A stretch of 64,000 nucleotides of DNA, from NCBI GenBank assembly GCA_001002285.1, contig LCLX01000003.1, forward strand, positions 2,560-66,559. Reading direction: 5' to 3'. Origin of the DNA: Microgenomates group bacterium GW2011_GWC1_46_15. Its GTDB lineage: Bacteria; Patescibacteriota; Microgenomatia; UBA1400; UBA12028. The notes beneath the pieces are model-generated. The model saw only the letters and a list, made by a program, of their open reading frames with translations. It was not told the origin of the DNA and searched no databases. The position numbers were made by a program, and so were the translations under genes. Positions within the stretch are counted from its first letter, which is position 1. Each line of letters opens with the position of its first letter. Shown here piece by piece: positions 9,532 through 18,433 of this stretch.

Positions 9532-10833
9532 TCAAGAATTCCCGCTACGCGAGAGCAACTCTTTTCTTTCTATATATTTTTTCTTCCGAAGGCGTTCTGA
9601 GACGATAATTCCGCAGATTCCCGCACCCCACAGTCCTATAATAAGCCGTTCGTGTGGTGAAATAAAGAGGGATGCTAGGGGAAAACCGGCAAAAAATCGT
9701 ACACTTTGTATAAAAAAGTTAGTAGATAGATATGTTATTTGTATTGATAAATCGCTTAATAATGGAATTTTTGCGGACAAGAAAGAGAAGAATGAAACAC
9801 CCATGATGTATGGGACCGTCCACAATAAAAGCGGGTTTGCAAGGAGTCCTACCAGGCTAATTTGGCCAAAAGAGAGGACTAAAAATGGGAGCGTTCCCAT
9901 CATTGCGCAGAACGAAATAAGGCCTTGATCGCACAAAAAACGCATGGTTTTTGACGCGAATGTTTCCCGAATTTTCCTCTGGAGAATGGGCATGAGGAAC
10001 AAAATTCCTGCTGTCGCGCCAAAAGACAATTGGAAGCTCACGGAAAACAATAATAACGGATTAACTGCGAGAAAAATGAGTGAAGTGAGGACTAAAATCC
10101 ACCCTCCGTGGTACTCCCTACCTCTGGTAATCGCGAGTAACCCTACAAGCGCCATGATTGCCGCACGAAGTACGGAAACAGAAAAACCGGCGAGTGTTGT
10201 GTATAAAAGCGTGCCAATTCCGATCAACAAATACTTCATTTTTCCTTGTTTGATCAATATATATTGTAGGGATGACAAAATGACAGAAACGTTGTATCCT
10301 GAAGCTGAGACAACATGGAGAATGCCTGTTTTCCGGGCGGAATCAAGGAAGTCGGGGGAAAATGCCGTGTCAGAACCGATAAGCATGCCCGTTGCGAGGC
10401 TCGCGTGATTCGGGGGTAGGCGTGTCCTATAAAACTCGAGAAAGTTTCGCCTTATATTTGCTACTTTTTCGAGAAAATACCACACATAAAAGATACCCGA
10501 ATCCTCTCTCTTCTGTTTTATTACATAAGACTTTCCTATCAATCTAATTTTGCTATTCACCAAGTCTGTCAGAGTGTTGTGTGTTCTGCTAACGGTTCCA
10601 CGCACTATAATAGTATCCCCTATTTTAGCCTGGACTCCGCCTGGAAATCCTATAGTATAGAAAGACGAATGATATGCGAATTTTGATCTATTTTGATCTA
10701 TTTGAAAGAAGAACGTAAGAGTATGGGTCGTTTCTTCCAGATCATGCATCTGATCAGCTTGATTATATATACGCATGAAACGCAGGAATATGAAGGATGT
10801 TAACAATACTGTAAGAAGTACATATGGTGTCAT
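9532..10833 (-). CDS. comEC: ComEC/Rec2 competence membrane channel part (DUF4131 + Competence domain), lacking the MBL domain
   Basis: 433 aa polytopic membrane protein. Conserved ...SFQLSFGATAGILF... competence-domain signature. Stops 72 nt upstream of the separate MBL-domain gene. Confidence 0.75.
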   Translation of the reverse strand: MTPYVLLTVLLTSFIFLRFMRIYNQADQMHDLEETTHTLTFFFQIDQNRSKFAYHSSFYTIGFPGGVQAKIGDTIIVRGTVSRTHNTLTDLVNSKIRLIGKSYVIKQKREDSGIFYVWYFLEKVANIRRNFLEFYRTRLPPNHASLATGMLIGSDTAFSPDFLDSARKTGILHVVSASGYNVSVILSSLQYILIKQGKMKYLLIGIGTLLYTTLAGFSVSVLRAAIMALVGLLAITRGREYHGGWILVLTSLIFLAVNPLLLFSVSFQLSFGATAGILFLMPILQRKIRETFASKTMRFLCDQGLISFCAMMGTLPFLVLSFGQISLVGLLANPLLLWTVPYIMGVSFFSFLSAKIPLLSDLSIQITYLSTNFFIQSVRFFAGFPLASLFISPHERLIIGLWGAGICGIIVSERLRKKKYIERKELLSRSGNS

Positions 10834-10877
10834 ACTAGTACAATAATTTTCACGATATCGTTGGTCAGTGAAAATAT

Positions 10878-11582
10878 TTAGAACGTAATAGAGCTTTTTA
10901 CACTCTCAGCAAGTGATGATGAAAGCCCCGAACGTTCAAGAAACTCGCTAAACGTGGCATACGGCCGACCGCTGACAATTCCCTGCGCGCGAACCTCGCC
11001 AATTCCTTTGAGTTCGGTGAGTTGCGCAAGCGTCGCGGTGTTCACGTTAACGAGCGTACTTTGCGCACTGAGTTGTTTTTCGCTGGAAACACTCTCGCCG
11101 TCAGCTTCGATACCATCCTCTCCCTCGAATGGAATAAAAATGAGCATCTCATCACGAAGTTTTTGTGCCATGTTAACGTGTCGGTCAATCCATGCGCGGT
11201 TTGCCTGGCGGAGCACACCCCCTGCAGACGCAATCGCCTCCCCCACCCTGCTTTGTTCTTCCAAAGCATATGAGCCGGGAGACTTGACAGCGCCGGTGAC
11301 AGCAACAACCACATGTTTCCTGGGCTGCGCCGAGGGTGAGGCGGCCTGGTGATCTGAAATATCGGAAATGATTGGTTGAAACGCCACATTCTCATCCTGA
11401 TTTTTCGTTTGAAAAAGGAATAGTGTGCCGAGAACAAGCGATCCTGCACCCATCGCCAACGCGCCAATAGAAATCGCGTTGAGGCGGGAACTAAAAAATT
11501 GTTTGAGTTGAGCGAGTGCTTGAGACACTGCCGGCGGAACTTCGATCTGCATATACACCATCGTATGCGACCAATCGAACAA
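10878..11582 (-). CDS. comEA: ComEA-like DNA receptor (TM anchor + SLBB-like + tandem helix-hairpin-helix)
   Basis: 234 aa. N-terminal TM helix. C-terminal ...VNVNTATLAQLTELKGIGEVRAQGIV... HhH DNA-binding motif. Confidence 0.8.
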   Translation of the reverse strand: MFDWSHTMVYMQIEVPPAVSQALAQLKQFFSSRLNAISIGALAMGAGSLVLGTLFLFQTKNQDENVAFQPIISDISDHQAASPSAQPRKHVVVAVTGAVKSPGSYALEEQSRVGEAIASAGGVLRQANRAWIDRHVNMAQKLRDEMLIFIPFEGEDGIEADGESVSSEKQLSAQSTLVNVNTATLAQLTELKGIGEVRAQGIVSGRPYATFSEFLERSGLSSSLAESVKSSITF

Positions 11583-11644
11583 TCACCTTACGAAAACCAA
11601 ATTGGGGGTATGAAAAGGGTAGACCCGACCTTCCCTTTTCCGAC

Positions 11645-14146
11645 TTACTTTTCTTCGAGGACAAAGTTCACGAGTTTTCCGGGAACGACAACGGTATTCT
11701 TTACCGATCCCGCTTTAAGTAACTCCGCGACTTTTTCAAGCCCTTTGGCGGCCTCAGCGACACGCGTTTTATCCATTGCCTCGTTTGCATCTATTGTGAA
11801 TCTTCCGCGAAGCTTTCCATTTACTTGCACAATAATCTCCACTGTTTTTTCCACCAGGAGATTTTGCTGATATGTGGGCCATGACGACGTGTGGATAGAA
11901 GTAAATGATTTTTTACCTTTACTGCCACCGCCAATGAACTCTTGATAGATTTCTTCAGCCATAAACGGCATGAATGGCGCAAACAACTTGAGAAACTGTT
12001 CAGCATCTTTTTTCTCCATCGCTTCCCCATCTTCACTCCACACATTCGCGCACTCCATGAGCATGGCGATTGATGTGTTAAACCGGAACGCCGCCATGTC
12101 TTCTGTGCATTTTTTTATTGTTCGCTGAAGTTTGACTAATAAATTTTGTGTGGTTGGTTTTGTAGTATCAACTTTTGTGCGGACTTTTGTATGGAATAGC
12201 CGCCATATTTTTTGCTGCCACCGGTACATGCCGGAAATTCCCGCATCACGAAAGTCACCGCCTTGGTCGTATGGTCCAAGGAACATAAGATAGGTACGCA
12301 GCGCATCTGCGCTAAATTTTTCAATGTACTCGTCCGGGTTTACGACGTTGCCCTTTGACTTACTCATTTTTGCGCCGTCTTTAATGATGAGGCCGTGGCC
12401 AAACAAAAATGGGAACGGCTCATCAAAATCGAGATACTTCCAGTCCTTGAGCGCCATCGTAACAAACCGTGCATAGAGGAGGTGCAAGACCGCATGTTCG
12501 GCGCCACCAATATACGCGTTTACCGGTAGCCAGGTTTTGATACGGGCGGAATCAAACGGCTTGTCTTTCGTATGTACACTTGGGTATCGCAAAAAATACC
12601 AACTGGAATCGAGGAACGTATCAGATACATCGGTTTCGCGTTTTGCTTTTTTGCCACATTTGGGACATGGCGTGTAGAGCCAAGACTCTGGCGCACGTTC
12701 GAGCGGCGACTTGCCATCACCGGTTGGCTTGTAGTCTTTTACAAATGGCAACTCGATTGGAAGCTGATCTTCGGGAACCGGTTGCCAGCCACACTCGGCA
12801 CACTCCACCATTGGGATCGGCGGACCCCAATAGCGCTGGCGGGAAATCAGCCAATCGCGAAGGTGATATGTGGTGCGTTCACGTCCAAATTTTTTTCGGA
12901 TCATCCACTGTTTCATGTTTTCTTTGCCCTCACCCCAAGCAGAAAGTTTCGAAAACTCACCAGAGTTGATGAGAACTCCCTTGCCCTCAAACGCTTTTTC
13001 ACCGCGTGCTACCGCGGTGTTTATAGTGGCGTCGTCGTAGGATACAACCTGTTTAAGCGGCAAACTGTATTTTTTTGCAAACGCAAAGTCGCGAAGGTCA
13101 TGGCTTGGAACACCCATCACCGCGCCGGTCCCAACGTCTTTCAATACATAATCAGCAATCCAAATCGGAATTTTTTCGTTGGTTGCGGGATTGATTGCAT
13201 ATGCTCCGGTAAACACGCCGGTTTTGTCTTTTTCATCAATCTTGCGCTGTTGTTCCGTTTTATGCAGCGCTTTTTTGATGTACGCGCGCACCTCGGTTTT
13301 GTGCGTTTCATCGGCACATGATTCAACATGAGGATACTCGGGTGCTAACACAAGATATGTGATACCAAACATCGTTTCCCAAAACTTGGTCCAAACGGAA
13401 ATGATTTCTTTTTTCCCATCATGTGTTGTACCGTCTAGCTTGAAATCAATTTCCAGTCCTGTTTGCCTGCCGATCCACTGCCGTTGCGCGTTTTTGATTT
13501 TTTCTGGCCACTTAATTTTTTCGATGTTGGCCAAAAGTTGATCGGCGTACTTCGTGATGCGAAAAAACCATTGCTTTGCTTCTCTGCGCTCCACCGATGT
13601 TTTGCACCGTTCACACACTCCGTCTTCAACTTGCTCGTCGGCCAACACTGTTTTGCACGAAGGGCACCAGTTCACCAACGACGATGCCTTGTATGCCAAA
13701 CCGTTTTTAAACATCTGCACAAACAGCCATTGCGTCCATGTGTAGTACTCGGGATCGTATGTTTCGAGCCGCTCATCCCATGAAAAACCACTTCCAATTG
13801 CGCCAAGTTGACGGTAAAAATTTTCCTGTGATTTTTTTGCTTGTTCGACCGGATGCACGCCGATTTTGATCGCGTAGTTTTCCGAGTGAATACCAAACCC
13901 GTCTAAACCAATGGGTTCAAACACATCTTTGCCTTGCATGCGTTGGTAGCGTCCGTAAATATCCGCGCCGGAAAATGCGTACATATTGCCCACGTGCAGA
14001 CCTTCCGCGGAAGGATACGGGAACATCATGAGGTTATAGAATGGCGAGTTTGGATGATCGAGGTTGGGCTCATAGACGCGGTGCTTGCGCCAGGCTTCCG
14101 CCCACTGTTTTTCTGCTGAATGATGATCGTATGCACTTGCGTCCAT
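11645..14146 (-). CDS. leuS: leucyl-tRNA synthetase
   Basis: 833 aa. HIGH-type region (...PYPSAEGLHVGN...), KMSKS motif (KMSKSKGN), editing and zinc-binding CxxC segments. Confidence 0.95.
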   Translation of the reverse strand: MDASAYDHHSAEKQWAEAWRKHRVYEPNLDHPNSPFYNLMMFPYPSAEGLHVGNMYAFSGADIYGRYQRMQGKDVFEPIGLDGFGIHSENYAIKIGVHPVEQAKKSQENFYRQLGAIGSGFSWDERLETYDPEYYTWTQWLFVQMFKNGLAYKASSLVNWCPSCKTVLADEQVEDGVCERCKTSVERREAKQWFFRITKYADQLLANIEKIKWPEKIKNAQRQWIGRQTGLEIDFKLDGTTHDGKKEIISVWTKFWETMFGITYLVLAPEYPHVESCADETHKTEVRAYIKKALHKTEQQRKIDEKDKTGVFTGAYAINPATNEKIPIWIADYVLKDVGTGAVMGVPSHDLRDFAFAKKYSLPLKQVVSYDDATINTAVARGEKAFEGKGVLINSGEFSKLSAWGEGKENMKQWMIRKKFGRERTTYHLRDWLISRQRYWGPPIPMVECAECGWQPVPEDQLPIELPFVKDYKPTGDGKSPLERAPESWLYTPCPKCGKKAKRETDVSDTFLDSSWYFLRYPSVHTKDKPFDSARIKTWLPVNAYIGGAEHAVLHLLYARFVTMALKDWKYLDFDEPFPFLFGHGLIIKDGAKMSKSKGNVVNPDEYIEKFSADALRTYLMFLGPYDQGGDFRDAGISGMYRWQQKIWRLFHTKVRTKVDTTKPTTQNLLVKLQRTIKKCTEDMAAFRFNTSIAMLMECANVWSEDGEAMEKKDAEQFLKLFAPFMPFMAEEIYQEFIGGGSKGKKSFTSIHTSSWPTYQQNLLVEKTVEIIVQVNGKLRGRFTIDANEAMDKTRVAEAAKGLEKVAELLKAGSVKNTVVVPGKLVNFVLEEK

Positions 14147-14161
14147 ACGGAGTATTGTACT

Positions 14162-14315
14162 AAAGATCGGGACTTAAAGGAAACTAAAGCCACACAATGA
14201 TGTATCGGCCTTTATGCCAGTTATACATTAAATTTCCACTGGCGCCCTATATGGGTAGATCGGGACTTAGCCAAGAGCCAATTATGCTTACCCAAGTGGT
14301 AAGTCCCGAACTTAG
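14162..14315 (+). repeat. composite palindromic intergenic repeat, copy 1 (part A GATCGGGACTTAAAGGAAACTAA + about 70-nt hairpin part B)
   Basis: Part B is CCCTATATGGGTAGATCGGGACTTAGCCAAGAGCCAATTATGCTTACCCAAGTGGTAAGTCCCGAACTT, containing an inverted TCGGGACTTA/TAAGTCCCGA 10-bp stem. The same two-part element recurs at 22792-22955, 40726-40892 (inverted) and 54613-54775 (inverted). Confidence 0.8.
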
Positions 14316-14334
14316 TTCGTGCTACACTAGTTTT

Positions 14335-15060
14335 ATGTCAGTTTCTGCCCAAGTTCTCAGCGTTATTTCCGCAGGCATTCTTAGTTTTGTCTGGGTGCGC
14401 ACGCCCGCGCTTCATCCGTATTCTCTACAACTTGTAGCCACGCTTGTACTTCTTTATTTTTGGGTCAAGTATGCGGCAAAGAAAAAACTTCACCACATAC
14501 TTCCCAATGCGTTGAGTTTTGAAACAAGTATTTTAGCCGCAGCGCTTTTGCTTGTTATAGGCTACACTGGCGGGACCGCGTCGCTTTTTTTACCGCTCCT
14601 TCACTTTTTGCTTTTTCTTTCACTTTTTACACTCGATGCGGCATCGCTCATTACGCTCGGGCTTACTATTCCATTTTTTTTGTGGTCGGTTGAGGGCGGT
14701 GGACTGACAAGTGGAGGGATGGGTGGACCTTTAGGAAATGGATCGCTTAGTACGCATACCATTGCAACGCTTCTTTCTTTCCCCGCGCTTCTGCCATTAT
14801 TGCTGTTTGCAAAAACGCAATACCAAGAACGGCTCGCGGAAAAACATACATTGCGAGTACGCGGTGATCAAAAAATTGACATGACGATGTTTATCACAAC
14901 ATTTCTAAAACCAAAACTGTATACAATGTTTCAGCTGAGTTCCTATCCCGCAGAAAATAAAGAAAATATTCAAAAACAAATCCGTGTGATTTTGGAACAA
15001 ACAGAGTTGATGATCGGTGAGGTAAAAGATGATGGCGATGAAAAAATTCATGAAAAATAA
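14335..15060 (+). CDS. hypothetical polytopic membrane protein
   Basis: The ORF-track start (14197) lies inside the repeat element. The first in-frame ATG after the repeat is at 14335 (MSVSAQVLS...). About 6 TM helices. No recognisable family. Confidence 0.5.
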   Translation: MSVSAQVLSVISAGILSFVWVRTPALHPYSLQLVATLVLLYFWVKYAAKKKLHHILPNALSFETSILAAALLLVIGYTGGTASLFLPLLHFLLFLSLFTLDAASLITLGLTIPFFLWSVEGGGLTSGGMGGPLGNGSLSTHTIATLLSFPALLPLLLFAKTQYQERLAEKHTLRVRGDQKIDMTMFITTFLKPKLYTMFQLSSYPAENKENIQKQIRVILEQTELMIGEVKDDGDEKIHEK

Positions 15061-15790
15061 AAAATTCGCGACTGTTTTTCCTATAGCCGTAGCGCTTTTT
15101 TTTGGAGCTATGTTTTTAATGATCCCCAAAGCGCATGGATTTATGTCGTCTGCGGATTACATGATTCAGTTTGGCAATATCAACATGACTTCAGGAACTA
15201 AAACTGGTGGCCCATATAAAATAACGGACACGGTTGGGCAAACCGCTCCGGGAAGATATGGAACAACGGGATATTTAGTGCGGGCAGGGTTCCAGTACAT
15301 TTATACAATCGGCACATTTTCGTTTTCACTCTCGAACTACCGCATTGATTTTGGCCTCCTCAGTACGAACACGTTTGCGACCGCGACCACCGGCGTTACA
15401 GTTTCGGCAAAAGGGGCCGGCGGATACATCGTAACTGCATACGAAAATGCGCCACTAACAAAACTTGGGACGGCTGCAACTATTCCAAACACAACGTGTA
15501 ACTCTGGGAGTTGTACATATGGAACGGTCGGCGTGTGGACAGACGCGACAAAAAATGGATTTGGGTACACTCTTTCGGGCAACGATATTCCCGCAGCGTT
15601 TGTGGACACAACATACTTCAAACCGTTTGCAGATTTCTCACAAAATCAGCCAGGCCAAGTTATTATGAGTAACGCGGCCTCGGGGAAAAATAGATACGCG
15701 GTGGTTACGTACAAAATTTCGGTATCGGGCTCACAGGCCGCGGGCGATTATGAAAACCACATTGTATACATTGCAACGCCGGGGTATTAA
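15029..15790 (+). CDS. secreted beta-rich surface protein, paralog A1 (conserved C-terminal QAAGDYENHxVYxAT motif)
   Basis: 253 aa with a signal peptide. Shares GGY[IV]VTA[YH][EQ]N, TYGTxGxW...KGFGY[TS]L and a terminal SQAAGDYENHIVYIATPGY with the 492-aa protein at 16903. Confidence 0.6.
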   Translation: MMAMKKFMKNKKFATVFPIAVALFFGAMFLMIPKAHGFMSSADYMIQFGNINMTSGTKTGGPYKITDTVGQTAPGRYGTTGYLVRAGFQYIYTIGTFSFSLSNYRIDFGLLSTNTFATATTGVTVSAKGAGGYIVTAYENAPLTKLGTAATIPNTTCNSGSCTYGTVGVWTDATKNGFGYTLSGNDIPAAFVDTTYFKPFADFSQNQPGQVIMSNAASGKNRYAVVTYKISVSGSQAAGDYENHIVYIATPGY

Positions 15791-16805
15791 ACGTATGAAA
15801 CATCTACAAAAAATTCTTTGTGCAATAGTTCTCGCACTTTTTTTTGGATTTTTCTCATTCGCAACTCCATCTTTTTCATCCTTCTCTTCAATCGCTCACG
15901 CGCAAACACTGCCGGAAATTTCGCTGTCCATTTCCCCACCACACGCTGAGATACTCCTTCAGCCGGGAAAAAGTATTGTACAGGCGTTCAATATTAAAAA
16001 TACTGGAAGCGCGGATCTCGAAGTAACACCATTCCTCGCAGACTTTACGGTTGATAGTACTGGAACTCCAACCGTTCATATTGAAAAACCTTCAAGTTTT
16101 CTGTTTGCAACACTTCAAAACTTGGACAAAACGCTGGGTGTGCCGTTTGTGCTTTCTGCTGGAAAATCAGATCAACTTGTTTTGCGAATTCACATTCCGG
16201 AAACTTCGCAGGAGCGCGATTATTATCAAACGCTTGTCCTCCAAGCCAAGCCTTCTTCACTCACCATGCTTACTCAGACAACAAACTCGCAGTCGCTCGC
16301 AAACGTTGGTGTGCATATGCTGATTTCTATTTCAAAAACCGGCGCTGACTTGGGTGAACTCACTATCGAAAAACTCATCAAACCTTTTATACTTGATTCA
16401 TTCATGCCATTGCGTCTCCAGATTTTTGCAAAAAATACCGGAAAAACGTACACCAAAGCGCAGGGCGAGGTTACAATCCGCTCACTTATTACCAATAGAA
16501 TAGTTACAGTGTTTCCAATCCTACGGGAGAATGTATTGGCGGGCGGAGTGCGCGAACTTCATGCCGCAATAAAAGATCCCGACGATGAAAAAAGTTCGAT
16601 CGCAGACGTTTTTATATATCATCCACTCTTTTTATTTGGACCATATGAAATCCGTATTGACGTTCACGCGGAAAATCAGCAACCTTCTCCCGTTGTTTTC
16701 CATGTGTGGGCGTTGCCATTTACATTGTTTGCGGTTGGTGGAATGGGATACGCTATCTTGTTGTGGAAGAGAAAACGAGAGAGAAAATTTGAAGAAAATT
16801 TATAG
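15750..16805 (+). CDS. signal peptide + C-terminal TM-anchored surface protein, paralog B1 (DUF916-like fold by inference)
   Basis: 351 aa. N-terminal signal peptide, beta-sandwich-like N-domain (...ISPPHAEILLQPGKSIVQAFNIKNTGSADLEVTPFLADF...). C-terminal hydrophobic helix followed by KRKRERK. Paralog of 18434..19495. Confidence 0.55.
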   Translation: MKTTLYTLQRRGIKRMKHLQKILCAIVLALFFGFFSFATPSFSSFSSIAHAQTLPEISLSISPPHAEILLQPGKSIVQAFNIKNTGSADLEVTPFLADFTVDSTGTPTVHIEKPSSFLFATLQNLDKTLGVPFVLSAGKSDQLVLRIHIPETSQERDYYQTLVLQAKPSSLTMLTQTTNSQSLANVGVHMLISISKTGADLGELTIEKLIKPFILDSFMPLRLQIFAKNTGKTYTKAQGEVTIRSLITNRIVTVFPILRENVLAGGVRELHAAIKDPDDEKSSIADVFIYHPLFLFGPYEIRIDVHAENQQPSPVVFHVWALPFTLFAVGGMGYAILLWKRKRERKFEENL

Positions 16806-16853
16806 TAGTGTATGTACGCTCTCATGGAATGAGAATGTTCTCTAAGATGAGTA

Positions 16854-16883
16854 TTGACATTACGATGGGGGGGGGGTAAAAAT
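16854..16883 (+). promoter_or_regulatory. sigma70-like promoter (TTGACA -35, TAAAAT-like -10) whose 17-nt spacer contains a G10 homopolymer (16867-16876)
   Basis: TTGACA at 16854-16859, G10 at 16867-16876, TAAAAAT at 16877-16883, then ATG of gene 16903 about 20 nt downstream. Confidence 0.45.
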
Positions 16884-16902
16884 TGATAGTAGAGTTATAT
16901 AC

Positions 16903-18381
16903 ATGAATATACGTATTGCATCGCTGCCGAAGCTTCTTGTTGTTGGTCTTTTTTCTGTTGTGGTTTTTGTCTTTTCACCTAGTATGTTTCGGAACGAAGC
17001 GGCAAACCTCACGAGTGTTTCTGACATGCTTTCCAGTTCCCGCCTTTCGTTCTATGGTCTCATGTGGACTGGCAACACGGTTGGCGCAACGCTTATTACG
17101 ATCAACACGACCACTGCCCCATCAACAAGCTCCAGCCAACTCGCATCGCCTTCTGCAAGCACGGCGATAAAAATTGGTACACATCATAACTATACGCTTG
17201 ATAAAATCATGCAGAATGAAAACGAGGCGTTATTCAGTGTCACCTCTGGCCAAACACTGCAAACCGGTGACCAAACCGCAGGCGTTCCAATCATCGCCAC
17301 ACAGTCTGCATCACATACGGTGAAGTTTACAACAGCAACAGCTGTACCAAACGGCTCAATCCGCGTTTTGGTTCAGGCGACAACAAATGTGGGCTCGTCT
17401 AATGATGGCATTCCCGATGGAGACGGTTTTGACTTTAAAACAACGGCACCAACCGTGTCCTGTCCAACGGATGTAAGTTCAACAATGGACTTTGTCGCCG
17501 GCACTGCAAGCGCGGCAGCCGTAACAATCAACTCCGTGAAGTACCACGTGTTTGAGTGCCGATACTCGGGCGCGGGAAACGCTGCACAAAGCTTCCAGTC
17601 TAATCCCATTGTTGTTACTTCACTCATCAACCCCGCTCCAAAAAGCGGACACGCGGTGGGAACAGCAGATGCATACAAAGTAATTGTACAAAACATGGAC
17701 TCAACCTACACGATGGTTGATCAAACAACGGCACAAATCGGTGTCATTGAGTCGGTCCGTGTAAGCGCAACGGTTGCTCCGCAAATTACGTTTAAAATCG
17801 CGGGAATTCCCTCCGGAGCATTGGGAAACAACGCGTGCGGATCAAACACATCCGTAACAACAACGGCAACTACCGTTCCGTTTGGCGAAGTCGCAATCAG
17901 TTCGTTTAGTTATGCCGCCCAATCGCTTGAGGTTTCAACAAACGCCGTGGGCGGATATGTAGTTACGGCCCATCAAAATGACAATCTTGGAAAGGGTGGT
18001 AAAGCATGCGCGGACGGATCGTTCCCGGTAGACTGCATTGTAGACACCACGGGAAACGGCGCAAACATCACGTACGGAACAAAGGGGCGGTGGGACAGCA
18101 CAACATACAAAGGCTTTGGGTATTCGTTAAAGAAAATTACCAGTACCGGAACCGCGGCGTTCGAATACGGCGACACCGATGGAAACTGTGTTGGTGGAAC
18201 GTTCTGCGCAAAGCAGTTTGCCGATCTCGAAAACTCAGAACCCTCGCAAACCATTTTTTCCTCCTCAACCGTTGCGGACTCGGAGAATATTGACGTGTGT
18301 TACAAAATCGTGATCAGCAATACACAAGCTGCCGGAGATTACGAAAACCACGTTGTGTACACGGCAACCGCAACATTTTAG
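16903..18381 (+). CDS. secreted surface protein, paralog A2 (492 aa, same C-terminal AAGDYENHVVYTATATF motif)
   Basis: Signal peptide. Ser/Thr-rich N-terminal linker. Shares GGYVVTAHQN, ITYGTKGRWDSTTYKGFGYSL and the terminal motif with A1. Confidence 0.6.
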   Translation: MNIRIASLPKLLVVGLFSVVVFVFSPSMFRNEAANLTSVSDMLSSSRLSFYGLMWTGNTVGATLITINTTTAPSTSSSQLASPSASTAIKIGTHHNYTLDKIMQNENEALFSVTSGQTLQTGDQTAGVPIIATQSASHTVKFTTATAVPNGSIRVLVQATTNVGSSNDGIPDGDGFDFKTTAPTVSCPTDVSSTMDFVAGTASAAAVTINSVKYHVFECRYSGAGNAAQSFQSNPIVVTSLINPAPKSGHAVGTADAYKVIVQNMDSTYTMVDQTTAQIGVIESVRVSATVAPQITFKIAGIPSGALGNNACGSNTSVTTTATTVPFGEVAISSFSYAAQSLEVSTNAVGGYVVTAHQNDNLGKGGKACADGSFPVDCIVDTTGNGANITYGTKGRWDSTTYKGFGYSLKKITSTGTAAFEYGDTDGNCVGGTFCAKQFADLENSEPSQTIFSSSTVADSENIDVCYKIVISNTQAAGDYENHVVYTATATF

Positions 18382-18433
18382 GAACAACACTATATTGTAT
18401 TAAGATAAAGATAAGAAAATAGAAGAAAGTGTT

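Noticed and set aside
14197-14334. ORF-track start of the membrane protein at 14197
   Set aside because: The first 46 codons are read through a copy of the palindromic repeat element. Start re-assigned to the ATG at 14335.
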